This document shows, in pieces, positions 38,694 to 48,781 of a stretch of 64,000 bases of DNA (the first letter of the stretch is position 1; each line of letters starts with the position of its first letter). A program made the position numbers and the translations under genes. The notes under the pieces are model-generated. The model ran no database searches, had not been told where the DNA came from, and worked only from the letters and a program-made list of their open reading frames with translations. The stretch is taken from the NCBI GenBank assembly GCA_965214405.1, contig OZ243956.1, forward strand, positions 3,936,001-4,000,000, read 5' to 3'. Source of the stretch: Trueperaceae bacterium. GTDB taxonomy: Bacteria; Deinococcota; Deinococci; Deinococcales; Trueperaceae.

Positions 38694-39743
38694 CTAAGTA
38701 CACGACAAAAGCCGAAAACAGCGGTCCAGGTCAGGCTTTTTGGTTGCCGAGTTGGTGAGCAGATGCCTGAGATGGTCTAAGCCTGCCCGGAATAAAGACT
38801 TCTGCTTGCGCCCGTGCGACTTCATTCGAACAGGTTTGAGCTGACGGTGAACAAATGCTCCGACTTTCAAGGCCCATAAGAAAGCCAGGGTCACAACGAC
38901 AAGTAAGGTGTTAATGCGCTCTAGGTGCTTGAGATGCGTAGCTTCAAAGTCAAAGCCGCTGCTTTTCAAGGCTTTGAACAAGCATTCTATCTGCCAGCGC
39001 TTCGCGTAGCTTGCGAGGGCCTGCTTAGGATTGCGGTTGGTGACGACGATGATGTATTCTCCACCCTCTAAACGCGCGCCTGCAACCCCAAGCTCAACAC
39101 CAAAGACAGTGTAGCGCTGTTTAAGTACCTTGTGCTCACCCACAGGTAGATGCTGGAAAAAGCCGAACAGATGAAACCAGCCATCACCGAGAGCGTCTTT
39201 ACGCACGCGGATAACGAAAGGGATGTGCTTACGCTCAAGATAAGCGAACCAGTCGCCCCCGATGAACTCCCTATCGGCTAGCAGCACCTCTAGCTGGTCT
39301 ACGGGCAAAAGTTTTAGCAAACGCTCCAAAAGCGTAATGCGTTCTTGCGTGGCGGAGTTGCCAGCCTTGGGCAAAAGACACCACAGTAAGGGAACCGCTA
39401 CGCCCTCATGCGCATAAGCCAGGGTCAAGATGTTGATGTCGAGTTTGCCAAACTTCCAGTTCGTCCGGTCTAGGCACAGGCTGTAGCTTCGCTTGGGACC
39501 TAGACTCAGCGCGTACCTGAAAACTGTCTCATCGGCCAAGTGCAAGCCTTGGAAAAACCGTTGCGCCCGTCTGTAAAGCGAGTCCGGCTGGGCTCTGCCC
39601 TCCATCATGCCTACCAACGTCGCCAAGTTCACCGTCTTTGCCTGCACCATCGCGATCATCAACAAGCTCAAGAACTTAAGCCGTGACGGGTGCAGCTTTA
39701 AGCCGCTCGCTTTCAACTGTGCCAGCAACCCGGTATGCTTCAT
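38694..39743 (-). CDS. IS4-family DDE transposase
   Basis: LDRTNW, ADREF, YAKRWQIECLFKALKS. Confidence 0.93.
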   Translation of the reverse strand: MKHTGLLAQLKASGLKLHPSRLKFLSLLMIAMVQAKTVNLATLVGMMEGRAQPDSLYRRAQRFFQGLHLADETVFRYALSLGPKRSYSLCLDRTNWKFGKLDINILTLAYAHEGVAVPLLWCLLPKAGNSATQERITLLERLLKLLPVDQLEVLLADREFIGGDWFAYLERKHIPFVIRVRKDALGDGWFHLFGFFQHLPVGEHKVLKQRYTVFGVELGVAGARLEGGEYIIVVTNRNPKQALASYAKRWQIECLFKALKSSGFDFEATHLKHLERINTLLVVVTLAFLWALKVGAFVHRQLKPVRMKSHGRKQKSLFRAGLDHLRHLLTNSATKKPDLDRCFRLLSCT

Positions 39744-39823
39744 ATGCTCTCCCTTGAAGTGGTGTCTCGCAACATCCATTCTTCACTGGAGAGCCCTTTA
39801 TTTCAAATCTGTCGTGTACTGAG
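38694..39823 (-). mobile_element. IS4-family insertion sequence
   Basis: IRs CTAAGTACACGACA / TGTCGTGTACTGAG; 9-bp TSD GTTTTCCTT. Confidence 0.93.
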
Positions 39824-39854
39824 GTTTTCCTTTCTACTACTGATTTCGGATGCA

Positions 39855-40622
39855 CTACATCTTTAGGTAACGGCCTCGAGAAACAAACCTGATATAGCCC
39901 TTATCGCGCAAAAACTGCAACTGTTGCCTGATTTTGTCTCGCACGAAATTGTTTTCGGGATGAAGTAACCTCAAGTGATGCTCAAATGCGTAGATATCTT
40001 TAAGCTCAAACTCTGCACCGGGTATTTTCTCGAGGCAGTCCAGAATATCCAATAGCCATCCCTTGCTTTGTTGCGTTGCTTGTCTAAGAAAAGCCGTTTT
40101 TTGCCACCTACTCAGAACATCTTGCTTGCTTGCGATGTCTCTGTCTTTAACGTAAAAGATTTTACCGCTTTCAGGGATGCCGTCTATGACTATGTTACAG
40201 CCTTCCCACCCCGCTCTTCTGGCTGTCGGAGGTAACGGTTTTCTCCTCTCAATGATTCTAAGGGTAAAGAAGTGTTTTGGGATGATGACAAAATTTTTTA
40301 CGTCACAACGCTGCATATCATAGTTCAGAAAGAAGAAACTTGGGTTATCGGCTGAAGATATACGCGCTATCATTGACTGATAAGCGCCGTCCACTATCTT
40401 TCTTCCCAGATTTCCCTGCTTGCTCTTCAACTCATACTGCTCCTGGCAGTTACTACAGTAAAAATCTGCAACAGGACGATTGTTGGCAAAATCGTTCAAG
40501 TAATCTTGTCCGCAGTTTGGACAGTACGCATTCGTTTGAACCCACGACTCAGTCAAGACGCGCGCTATCTGGGATTTGCTTTTATAATTTTCTGCTTTTC
40601 GTAAATCCAGCTTTAGTTGCAT
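39855..40622 (-). CDS. DpnI-like (Dam-replacing family) methylation-dependent restriction endonuclease
   Basis: SQIARVLTESW, CPNC..NNRPVADFYC..C..YELKSK, RRAGWEGC, winged helix KIRQQLQFLRD. Confidence 0.92.
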   Translation of the reverse strand: MQLKLDLRKAENYKSKSQIARVLTESWVQTNAYCPNCGQDYLNDFANNRPVADFYCSNCQEQYELKSKQGNLGRKIVDGAYQSMIARISSADNPSFFFLNYDMQRCDVKNFVIIPKHFFTLRIIERRKPLPPTARRAGWEGCNIVIDGIPESGKIFYVKDRDIASKQDVLSRWQKTAFLRQATQQSKGWLLDILDCLEKIPGAEFELKDIYAFEHHLRLLHPENNFVRDKIRQQLQFLRDKGYIRFVSRGRYLKM

Positions 40623-40814
40623 TAAAGGCAACTTTAGAAGTGAAGCAAAGCACTTCGAGCGCAGGGCGTTCTGCGGGAGATATTAGCTAAAAGTTGTGCT
40701 TTCCCACCTGCCCACTTTATAAAGGGCTTAGCTTTTGCAAAAAGACTGAACATGCCTTCTAACTTACCACTTTGATTTAGCGGCTGCGCTTTTTACCGAA
40801 TTTTTGCGGACAAA

Positions 40815-42236
40815 CTAAACCCCCTCAACCACCCCCAATTTTTCATTCAAAATATCCCGAACCAAATCAGGTTTGGCCCGCCCCTTCGTCTCACGCATCA
40901 CCCGACCCAGAAGCGCGTTGACGGCTTTGGGATTGTCTGCGACGCTCTCGACCAACGCCGGATTGTCGCGCATCACCTCGTCCACAATCTTGGCGACGGC
41001 GCTGCTATCGGTAAGCTGCCCCAGCCCGCGCGTTTCAACCAGGCTTCTGGGTTCGCTCCCCGCCATCACTTCGGGCAGAAGGTCTTTGGCGGTTTTGCCC
41101 GAAATCACGCCCGCGTCAACCAGGCTGACGAGCGCAACCAGGTGTTCAGGCGTGAGGCTCGAGGCCCGCAGCGACCTTCCCTCCGCATTAAGCAACCCCG
41201 TCACGTCGCCGTTGAGCCAGTTGGCTAGGGTCTGCGGCTCGCCCTCGTAAGCGTCCAGCGCGGCGTCAAAAAACTCCGCCAGCCCCACGTCGTAAGCGAT
41301 GATGTCCGCGTCGTAGGCGCGCACGCCCAGCGCCACGTAGCGCGCGCGTTTCGCCTCCGGCAGTTCCGGCGTTTTGGCGCGCACCGACTCGAGCCACGCT
41401 TCTGTAATGTGCAAGGGCGGCAAGTCGGGCTCGGGAAAGTAGCGGTAGTCGGCCTCGCCCTCTTTGGTGCGCATAAGATACGTTTTTTGCCCGCCGTCGT
41501 CCCAGCCCATCGTCGCCTGCTGAACCGCGCCGCCGTCTTCCAAAATCCTGCTCTGCCGCCTCGTTTCAAACTCCAAGGCCCGCTGCACGCTCTTGAACGA
41601 GTTTAAGTTCTTCACCTCGACTTTCGTGCCGAACGCTTCACCGGGACGCCGCACCGACACGTTGACGTCGGCGCGCATTTTGCCCTCCTCGGGGTTTGCG
41701 TCGGACACGCCCAGCGCCTGGGCGATGGCGCGGACTTCGTTAAGAAAATCTCTCGCCTCCTCAGGCGTGCGCAAGTCGGGCTCGGTGACCATCTCGACCA
41801 GGGGCGCGCCCGCGCGGTTAAAGTCCACCAGGCTGTATTCGGCGTAGGTCGGGTGGACGAGGCGGCCCGCATCCTCTTCCAAGTGGCAACGCGTAATGCC
41901 GATGCGGCGGCCAGAAAGCTCGAGCCACCCCCCACTTCCCACAGGCCGGTCATACTGCGAAATTTGGTAGTTCTTGGGCGCGTCGGGGTAGAAGTAATTC
42001 TTCCGGTGAAACTGCGTCCGTTCGGGCACCTCGCAGTGCAAGGCCAGAGAGAGCATGATGGCTTTCTCCACCGCCTCGCGGTTGGTCACGGGCAAGGAGC
42101 CGGGCAATCCTAAGCAAACCGGGCAGGTGCTGACGTTGGGACCCCGCCCAAACGAGTCGGCGGGGCAGGCGCAAAAGAGTTTGGTCTGGGTCTTGAGGGC
42201 TAAGTGAACCTCTAAGCCGATCACGGGCTCAAACAT
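40815..42236 (-). CDS. gatB: Asp/Glu-tRNA amidotransferase subunit B
   Basis: [38 protein letters not shown]. Confidence 0.98.
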   Translation of the reverse strand: MFEPVIGLEVHLALKTQTKLFCACPADSFGRGPNVSTCPVCLGLPGSLPVTNREAVEKAIMLSLALHCEVPERTQFHRKNYFYPDAPKNYQISQYDRPVGSGGWLELSGRRIGITRCHLEEDAGRLVHPTYAEYSLVDFNRAGAPLVEMVTEPDLRTPEEARDFLNEVRAIAQALGVSDANPEEGKMRADVNVSVRRPGEAFGTKVEVKNLNSFKSVQRALEFETRRQSRILEDGGAVQQATMGWDDGGQKTYLMRTKEGEADYRYFPEPDLPPLHITEAWLESVRAKTPELPEAKRARYVALGVRAYDADIIAYDVGLAEFFDAALDAYEGEPQTLANWLNGDVTGLLNAEGRSLRASSLTPEHLVALVSLVDAGVISGKTAKDLLPEVMAGSEPRSLVETRGLGQLTDSSAVAKIVDEVMRDNPALVESVADNPKAVNALLGRVMRETKGRAKPDLVRDILNEKLGVVEGV

Positions 42237-42395
42237 AAGAGGCAGTGTACCAGGCTTAAAGATGGGTCTTGCGCCTGACACATTCACACATGCCCGCCTC
42301 TTTTGACACTTTCACCCCGGCCCGCGTTACACTGTGCTCATGACGCGCACAGGGGAAAACGCACGGGTGAGGGGATTAAAAATACAGGTAGACGG

Positions 42396-42821
42396 ATGGT
42401 AAGGGCTACCTTTGAAGACATCGCGGTCGCGGGCGAGGGCAACCAGATTCTGGTGCTCCTTAGGACCGAGGGGGGCGACATCATCTACATGACGATTGAT
42501 TCGCTCCAGGCGATGTCGATTGCGGCGGGCCGGGCCAAAGAGAAGTTCCCGCGCCCCTTGACGCACGACCTCATTTTGTCGATTTTGGAAATGCTCGACG
42601 CGGCCATTAAGCGCATCGAGGTCACCGACTTGACCGACAGCATCTACTACGCCAAGCTGGTGCTCGAGGCGCGCGGCATCGAGTACGACATCGACTGCCG
42701 CCCGAGCGACGCGCTGGCGCTGGCGGTGCGGATGGACGCCCCGCTCTTTATCGCGCAAAAGGTGGTTGACGTGGCCGCCATGACCGACTTTGAGGGAGGT
42801 TCGGGCGGGGTCGAGGCTTAG
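42396..42821 (+). CDS. Bifunctional nuclease (DUF151) family
   Basis: PRPLTHDL, IDCRPSDALALAVR. Confidence 0.92.
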   Translation: MVRATFEDIAVAGEGNQILVLLRTEGGDIIYMTIDSLQAMSIAAGRAKEKFPRPLTHDLILSILEMLDAAIKRIEVTDLTDSIYYAKLVLEARGIEYDIDCRPSDALALAVRMDAPLFIAQKVVDVAAMTDFEGGSGGVEA

Positions 42822-42909
42822 ACTGGCGGCGAAGACGAGAGATGCAAGATAACGGAGGGGCGGATGTTGGTATCCGCCCCTCTACTCATACGTTTGATTT
42901 GTGTGAGGT

Positions 42910-43461
42910 CTACTCGCTGGTTACGACGGCGTCAAAAACCCAATCATTGTCCGCCACCTGACCGTGACAGCCGATGCAGCCTGCGGGTTTGCCCACGGCC
43001 TCTAAAGAGCCGTCAGGAAGATACTTGGCCCAGAACCAGTCGCCCGCCTCGGGGTTGTAGCCCGCCAGCTTGACCATAACGGTCGTGGACTCTAGATTGG
43101 GCTCAAAGTTGGGCACGCTCCGGTCGGCGTTGTCATCGGTCGCGTTGGCGTCCAAGTCCATATCCGTCACATGATTTTCCTTGACGAGAATTGCGCCCGG
43201 CGGGAAGCTGCCGGTCCGGTTCTGCGTGGCGTCGTAGGCGATGTTGTTGTAAAACGTGCGTAAGACCGCCCCGTGGGGCGCGCTACCCGTGTAAAAGCCG
43301 GGCGGCGCTCCGGGTTCGTAGTGCCAGGTGAACTCGTACGCCTGGTTATGGATGGTGTCCCACACGCTTCCCGCAATTTCCTCATCGCTCCCGCTCATTT
43401 GTGCAAACGCGACCACGCCGAGCGTGAAAACCAGGGCGGCTCCAAATATCCAACCTCTCAT
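42910..43461 (-). CDS. Cytochrome P460-family protein
   Basis: Signal peptide, FPPGAILVKEN, MVK, GDWFWA, CIGCH near C-terminus. Confidence 0.85.
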   Translation of the reverse strand: MRGWIFGAALVFTLGVVAFAQMSGSDEEIAGSVWDTIHNQAYEFTWHYEPGAPPGFYTGSAPHGAVLRTFYNNIAYDATQNRTGSFPPGAILVKENHVTDMDLDANATDDNADRSVPNFEPNLESTTVMVKLAGYNPEAGDWFWAKYLPDGSLEAVGKPAGCIGCHGQVADNDWVFDAVVTSE

Positions 43462-43758
43462 AAACTTCCCCTTTCCGGGCAAACCGCGTCCTCGAGCACG
43501 CCCCATTTCGCCCCTACACACGTTGACTCAATTTGCTCCTCAAGTCTCGAGCAGAAAAGGGTTGTTTTCCGTTAAATAGACAACGGGCGAGCAACAGGTA
43601 ATGACTGAAGTCACCCTGAGCTCTGTGAGATCTGGATAAAGTTTAATCTCGCCAACGCGATAATCATTGAGACGGCTGAGTTTGGAGTTTGCCTTTTTGA
43701 GAGGGAGCTTCGGTAAAAAGTGAATTCTTGAGAGAAGCTCGAGCCCCACCCCCTTCTG

Positions 43759-44544
43759 TTAGCGCTTCACCTCGAGCACGTGCGCCCCCAACCATTCAGC
43801 CACGCCGTTCTCTTCGGGGGAGGGAATATGTTCGTCGGCGGCGGCCAGCACGTCGGGGTGGACGAAGGGACCCACGGCGACCCCGTGGCCCGCCCACTGC
43901 ATCATCGTCACGTCGTTGACGCCGTCGCCAAAGGCGACCGTGTCACGCTGCGGCACGCCCAGACGTTTGGCGATTAACGCGAGCGCCGCCCCCTTATGAC
44001 CGTTCGCGCCGGTAATCTCCAAAAAGTGATTCTCCCAGAGGTAGAGGACGAGGTCGGGGAATCTTTCGGTAATCTCTGTGTAAATACCGACGCCCGTGTC
44101 AGGGCAGCTAAAGACGATTTTGTCGGCGTCCTCGCCGCTGTAGCTTGTAAACGAGGTGATGCGCTGGTCCAGCGTGTGCGCCCAGTTCCAGCGCTCGTCC
44201 TCGGGGTCGCGCACATAAAGCGTGTCGCCGACGACGCAGGAATACTCGAGGCCCGGCACCTCGCTATATTTCTCCAAAAGAATTCTCACGCGCTCTGCGT
44301 CAATCAGCGCGCGCTGCAACGTTTCCCCCTCCGGCCCCACCACGAGCGCGCCGTGGTTCACGCTGTAGAGCCCGGTCACGCCGAGTTCGTCTAAAAAGGG
44401 CAGCGCCGAAGCTTGCGTGCGCCCCGTGAGCACCGTGACGAAGTGCCCAGCGTCACGCGAGGCGCGAATCGCGCGGTGGATGGCCTTGGGCAGCCGGTTG
44501 TCTTGGGTGATGATGGTGTTGTCTAGGTCAAAAGCGAATAACAT
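43759..44544 (-). CDS. Cof-type HAD hydrolase
   Basis: DLDNT, TGR, FGDGVND. Confidence 0.93.
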   Translation of the reverse strand: MLFAFDLDNTIITQDNRLPKAIHRAIRASRDAGHFVTVLTGRTQASALPFLDELGVTGLYSVNHGALVVGPEGETLQRALIDAERVRILLEKYSEVPGLEYSCVVGDTLYVRDPEDERWNWAHTLDQRITSFTSYSGEDADKIVFSCPDTGVGIYTEITERFPDLVLYLWENHFLEITGANGHKGAALALIAKRLGVPQRDTVAFGDGVNDVTMMQWAGHGVAVGPFVHPDVLAAADEHIPSPEENGVAEWLGAHVLEVKR

Positions 44545-44717
44545 ACCCCAGCCTACACCCGCTCTGTCAGCTCACGTGGGACCATGCCCACATAAAGGGG
44601 TGATTGCCGAACCTTGGCGGTTAAAGCGGGGGTTGCCTCGAGCGCGCGTCACAAAACATTTCGAGAAGGGAGAACACAACACATAGAACGGCCTTTTCTC
44701 TTCTCCACTCTGCCTTC

Positions 44718-45329
44718 TCACCTTCCGCTCTTCTCCGAGGGCGTGATGGGGGTGAAAACAAATAAAATATGGGAAAGCACGAAAATTGCGACGCCCAAGG
44801 GCGGACGCCACAACGCGACGAGCACGCCCAGCGCGTAGGTTGCCAGCGCCAGCCACAGCCGCTGGTGCATCGCCCAGACGATAGACGTAGGCAAGGTGTC
44901 CGCAACGAGCCTGCGTCCGCGCGTGGCGTAGGCCCACTGGAGGTCGAGCGTAAGCGCCGCCAGCGCGAGCGTTACGCCGTAAACGATGACCGCGAGCTTA
45001 CTCACCGGCCATTCGCCCAGAAGCGCGGCGGGAAAGGGGATAAGCGCGACGAACAGCAAAAACGTGATGCCGAGCCACAGGTGCGCCCGGTCGGTGCGGT
45101 CGGTATAGTGAAACGTCACGTGCTGACCGTTCCAAAAAAGCCCGAGGATGGCGAAAGAGAGCGCGTAGGCGAACAGCCTCGGCCCGATGTCGCTAAGGAG
45201 GGTGGAAAAACTCACGACCTCACCCGCGGCGTCCACCACGCCCAACGAAAGCAGCGTCATGGCGATGGCGAACACCCCGTCGGTGAGCGTGGCGAGTCGG
45301 CTTATCGGTAGCGGGTCGTCTTGCTGCAA
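44718..45329 (-). CDS. TMEM175-family potassium channel
   Basis: RL..LTDGVFAIAMTLL, W..H, LIPFP. Confidence 0.9.
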   Translation of the reverse strand: MQQDDPLPISRLATLTDGVFAIAMTLLSLGVVDAAGEVVSFSTLLSDIGPRLFAYALSFAILGLFWNGQHVTFHYTDRTDRAHLWLGITFLLFVALIPFPAALLGEWPVSKLAVIVYGVTLALAALTLDLQWAYATRGRRLVADTLPTSIVWAMHQRLWLALATYALGVLVALWRPPLGVAIFVLSHILFVFTPITPSEKSGR

Positions 45330-45367
45330 GGTTCACCTCCGGCAGGCGTGAGTCGAGCGGCTCGAGC

Positions 45368-45471
45368 CTCACCCCAACGTCTCACCCCAACGTCTCACCC
45401 CAACGTCTCACCCCAACGTCTCACCCCAACGTCTCACTACAACGTCTCACTACAACGTCTCACTACAGCGT
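45368..45471 (+). repeat. 13-bp VNTR, 8 units
   Basis: CTCACCCCAACGT x5, CTCACTACAACGT x2, CTCACTACAGCGT x1. Confidence 0.97.
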
Positions 45472-45620
45472 CCACAGTGCTCGAGGGCGCAAATTACGGG
45501 GACAGAGCAGTTGATGTTTTAGCCTCCACCATCCCCGCCGCACCCGGCTCTAAAACCACAAAAACGCGGTTACAAAAAGATTGTAACCGCGTCGGCAAAC
45601 GTTTGAAAGTCCAGAGGTGC

Positions 45621-47195
45621 TTATCGGTAACGGGCGTCGTTGCTCCGCCGCCTACGGGCGCTTCCGCCCCGGCCCTTCTTCTGCGTTCTTTGCACGGGGC
45701 TCGCCGCAATCGGCGCTTTGGCCTTTTTGATGTTCAAGTCCGTGGTGAGCGCGGGAAGCGTGCCGGGGCGAACGTCCGCGTACGCGCCGGTGGGGGAGAG
45801 CTGGATACGACCCAGGTCGCCCGCGCCCGCTTCTTTGAGGAGTCTGACCACCTGGGCCACGTTGTGGATGGGGCCGCTAAGCTCGAGCGTGACCCAATCT
45901 TCTTCACCCGTCAGCAGGCTGCGCGGGGCGGGTGCGCCGCCCAAAAGAAGCGCCAGGAGTCCCGCGAGCGTGTCCGTGTCGGCGCGCTTCACAAAATCGT
46001 CGGCGACGTCTCTCCACTGTGCTTTATCGTCGGCGCTCTGGGCTTGGGCGTTATGGATGAGGTTGCCCAGCTTGGCGGCCTGAATGCTCTCGGGCGTGGG
46101 CGGGGCCATGCGCTCGAAAGAACGGGACACGGCGCGCTCGAGCATCGACAAGGCGCGGCGCTCCTTGGGTCCGTGAAGCAGCACCACCGTGCCCTCGCGC
46201 CCCGCCCGCCCGGTGCGGCCCGAGCGGTGCTGGTAGGCGTCGGTTTCACCAGGGATGCGGTAGTGGACGACCAAATCGACCTCGGGGATGTCTAGGCCCC
46301 TGGCAGCTACGTTGGTGCCGATAAGGACGCCCACCTGCCCTCCGCGAAAGCGGCCAATCACGCGCTCGCGCTGCGTCTGGTTGAGGTCGCCGTGAATCGC
46401 CTCGGCGGCGTGACCGCGCGCGTTCAGGTCCTTGGCTAAGCGGTCCACCTCCGCCTTGGTGTGGGTGAAAATGATGGCCTTGTCACCCGCTCGAGCGTGC
46501 AAGAGGTCGGAAAGAATGCCTAAGCGGCTCGTTAGGGGCGCTTCGATGGCGAGTTCTTGATAGGTGACTTCTTCGTCTTTGATGAGGTCTAGGTGAACGG
46601 GCTGGCGCAGATGCACGCCCGCGAGCCTTTTGGCCCACCCCGGCAGCGTCGCAGAAAAGAGCATCGTTTGGCGTTCGGCGGGCGTGGCGGCGAGGAGCGT
46701 CTCGACGTCCTCTTCAAAGCCCATTGACAGCATCTCGTCGGCTTCGTCGAGCACCACGACCTCGACCGCGCTGAGGTCTAAAACGCCGCGCCCCAGATAG
46801 TCGAGCGCGCGGCCCGGCGTGGCGACGACCACGTCTACGCCCCTCTTGAGCGCGCTCGCCTGCTGGCCGTAGCCGGTGCCGCCGTAAATCGTCTCAACCT
46901 TGAGGTGCGGGGCGGCCCACTCGAGCTCGCTCGCCACCTGCAACGCGAGTTCGCGCGTCGGGGTAAGGATAAAAGCGCGTGGCGCGCGGCCTCTCGAGTG
47001 GTCGGCTTCTAGGCGGCTGGCGATGGGCAGACCAAAGGCCAGCGTTTTGCCCGTGCCGGTTCTCGCTTGTCCGAGGACGTCCTTGCCGTCGAGCGCGTGA
47101 GGGAGCGCGGCGGCTTGAATGGGTGTGGGGGTGATAAAACCCTTGGCGGCGAGCGCAGAGAGCACCCGCTCGGGGAGCGGCAAGTCGGTAAACAT
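45621..47195 (-). CDS. DEAD-box RNA helicase
   Basis: Q motif, GTGKT, PTRELA, DEAD, SAT, HRSGRTGR. Confidence 0.97.
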   Translation of the reverse strand: MFTDLPLPERVLSALAAKGFITPTPIQAAALPHALDGKDVLGQARTGTGKTLAFGLPIASRLEADHSRGRAPRAFILTPTRELALQVASELEWAAPHLKVETIYGGTGYGQQASALKRGVDVVVATPGRALDYLGRGVLDLSAVEVVVLDEADEMLSMGFEEDVETLLAATPAERQTMLFSATLPGWAKRLAGVHLRQPVHLDLIKDEEVTYQELAIEAPLTSRLGILSDLLHARAGDKAIIFTHTKAEVDRLAKDLNARGHAAEAIHGDLNQTQRERVIGRFRGGQVGVLIGTNVAARGLDIPEVDLVVHYRIPGETDAYQHRSGRTGRAGREGTVVLLHGPKERRALSMLERAVSRSFERMAPPTPESIQAAKLGNLIHNAQAQSADDKAQWRDVADDFVKRADTDTLAGLLALLLGGAPAPRSLLTGEEDWVTLELSGPIHNVAQVVRLLKEAGAGDLGRIQLSPTGAYADVRPGTLPALTTDLNIKKAKAPIAASPVQRTQKKGRGGSARRRRSNDARYR

Positions 47196-47558
47196 AAATT
47201 TTCCTTTCCGGGAGGGTCAAAGCTCAGTGTGTAATTGCCGCGAGCATAAAAGCTCGTCAATCACCGCGTTGACCCGTGAGTAGCTTGCTACCTCGCTCAA
47301 TCCCGTACTCAGAACTTACGTTCTTTCCAACGCTCATTATCCAATCAAGGGGTATGCAAGAGGCAAAACTACACAAACCTGTCAATCATAAGGGCTTGGG
47401 GGTGGGGATGTCAACGGTTGACGCTACCCGAATCGACCATAATCCGGTGGCGACGGTTCAAGGGTGATTTAGTAAATCCACATTTGGTGCGGCAAGCGCA
47501 GGTTTACTTCTCGTTTTGGTGCAAATTTCGCTAAGCTGTAATGAGTGGAGGTGAAGCT

Positions 47559-47746
47559 ATGCAGACCACTGTGACTCTCGACGACGAGGTGTTCCAGGTG
47601 TTGATGGAAATCACCAACGAGACGAACCGGACGCGCGCAGTCCAATGGCGGTTGAACGTTTTGTTCGAGACGCCAAACTCGAGCGCCTGAGGCAGCTCAA
47701 AGGTAAGGTATCCGTTCTCAGTAACAACGAGATTGAGGCGGGTTGA
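47559..47746 (+). pseudogene. VapB-like antitoxin, frameshifted (absent from ORF track)
   Basis: GGAGG RBS; MQTTVTLDDEVFQVLMEITNETNRTRAVQ then -1 frame AVERFVRDAKLERLRQLKGKV. Confidence 0.7.
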
Positions 47747-47778
47747 ACGAACTCGATCGGCGGGGTAGCTGATTCGTT

Positions 47779-48453
47779 TCAGCCAGAGACTCCGTTTTTC
47801 GATGTTGACCTGAGCACCTCGAGCACAAACCTTACATCTCCGAGCGCGCGGTGACTCTTATGAAGGTCAAACAAATGCGTCAGCCCTTCGTCGGCGATGG
47901 CCTTGTGGAGGCCGCGGGCGCGCGTGGCGTGTTTTCGCGCGTAAAGGCGCATGGCGCAGACGAAAAGCCAGCTCGGGTGGGGGAGACCCCACAAGGCGCT
48001 CGAGCCCTCGAGCATCCGGGCATCAAACGAGGCGTTCCAAGCGAGGACGGTGCGGCGGTCGGCTAAATCGGCGAGCGCGGGCAGCACTGTGGGCCAGGTG
48101 GGCGCGTCGGCGAGCATGTCCAAGGTGATGTTGTGAACGCGCTGCGCGAAAGGGTTCATGGTGAGGACCTTGGGCTTTACAAGCGTGTCTAGCAGCGTCT
48201 CGCCCTTCGTGTTGATGACCGAGACCTCGATAACCTCGGCCCGCTTGCCCGTCCCCGTGGTTTCGGTGTCGAGGATGAGCACGTCGTCGCGCTCTAAAAG
48301 ATGACGAATCGCCGCGTCAACCTTGCCACTCTCCTGCACTTTGGCCTGTGCGTCGCGGCAACCCCCGCAAAGCCCGCGTTTGAGCGGGCGGTGGGTGGGG
48401 ACGGTGTACCCGCAGGCGACGCAGGTTTGTGTGGGCTCGAGGGTGTGCATCAT
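47779..48453 (-). CDS. DEDDh 3'-5' exonuclease with N-terminal Zn finger
   Basis: CVAC..CGGC; LDTETTG, WNASFD, HRALGD. Confidence 0.9.
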   Translation of the reverse strand: MMHTLEPTQTCVACGYTVPTHRPLKRGLCGGCRDAQAKVQESGKVDAAIRHLLERDDVLILDTETTGTGKRAEVIEVSVINTKGETLLDTLVKPKVLTMNPFAQRVHNITLDMLADAPTWPTVLPALADLADRRTVLAWNASFDARMLEGSSALWGLPHPSWLFVCAMRLYARKHATRARGLHKAIADEGLTHLFDLHKSHRALGDVRFVLEVLRSTSKNGVSG

Positions 48454-48617
48454 TACCCTAATCTAACAGATGGCGCGGAGGGGCTTTCCCTCCTGCGAAA
48501 CGTGTGTCTGCCCGCCTGCGCTGCGGATTCGGAGCTTTGTAACGACGCTCTAGCTGCCGGACTGGACTTAGCGAGCGTACGAAAGCAGGTTCATTTTTAG
48601 GAAGGTTGTCTCTCACA

Positions 48618-48643
48618 TAACAAGGGGTTGCAACCCCTTGTTA
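48618..48643. repeat. Perfect 26-bp palindrome
   Basis: TAACAAGGGGTTGCAACCCCTTGTTA. Confidence 0.85.
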
Positions 48644-48781
48644 CCCCCTGTTTGTTCAGTTTGTGGAACGCGAGGGATTCTTCAAAAGAGTTTACGGCGA
48701 TTTTATACGATCATCTTTCGCCACACCGCTACGCTGCACCATTGCACCCTGCGGGACACGCTTTCTAGTATGCTTAACGTC

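Noticed and set aside
43540..43749. 69-aa ORF in an AT-richer intergenic stretch
   Set aside because: No motif, RBS or recognisable homology.
45368..45471. CRISPR array
   Set aside because: Units are contiguous 13-mers without spacers, and there are no cas genes.
45321..46295. 324-aa plus-strand ORF with SPQRLTPT repeats
   Set aside because: Produced by the VNTR and the antisense strand of the helicase.
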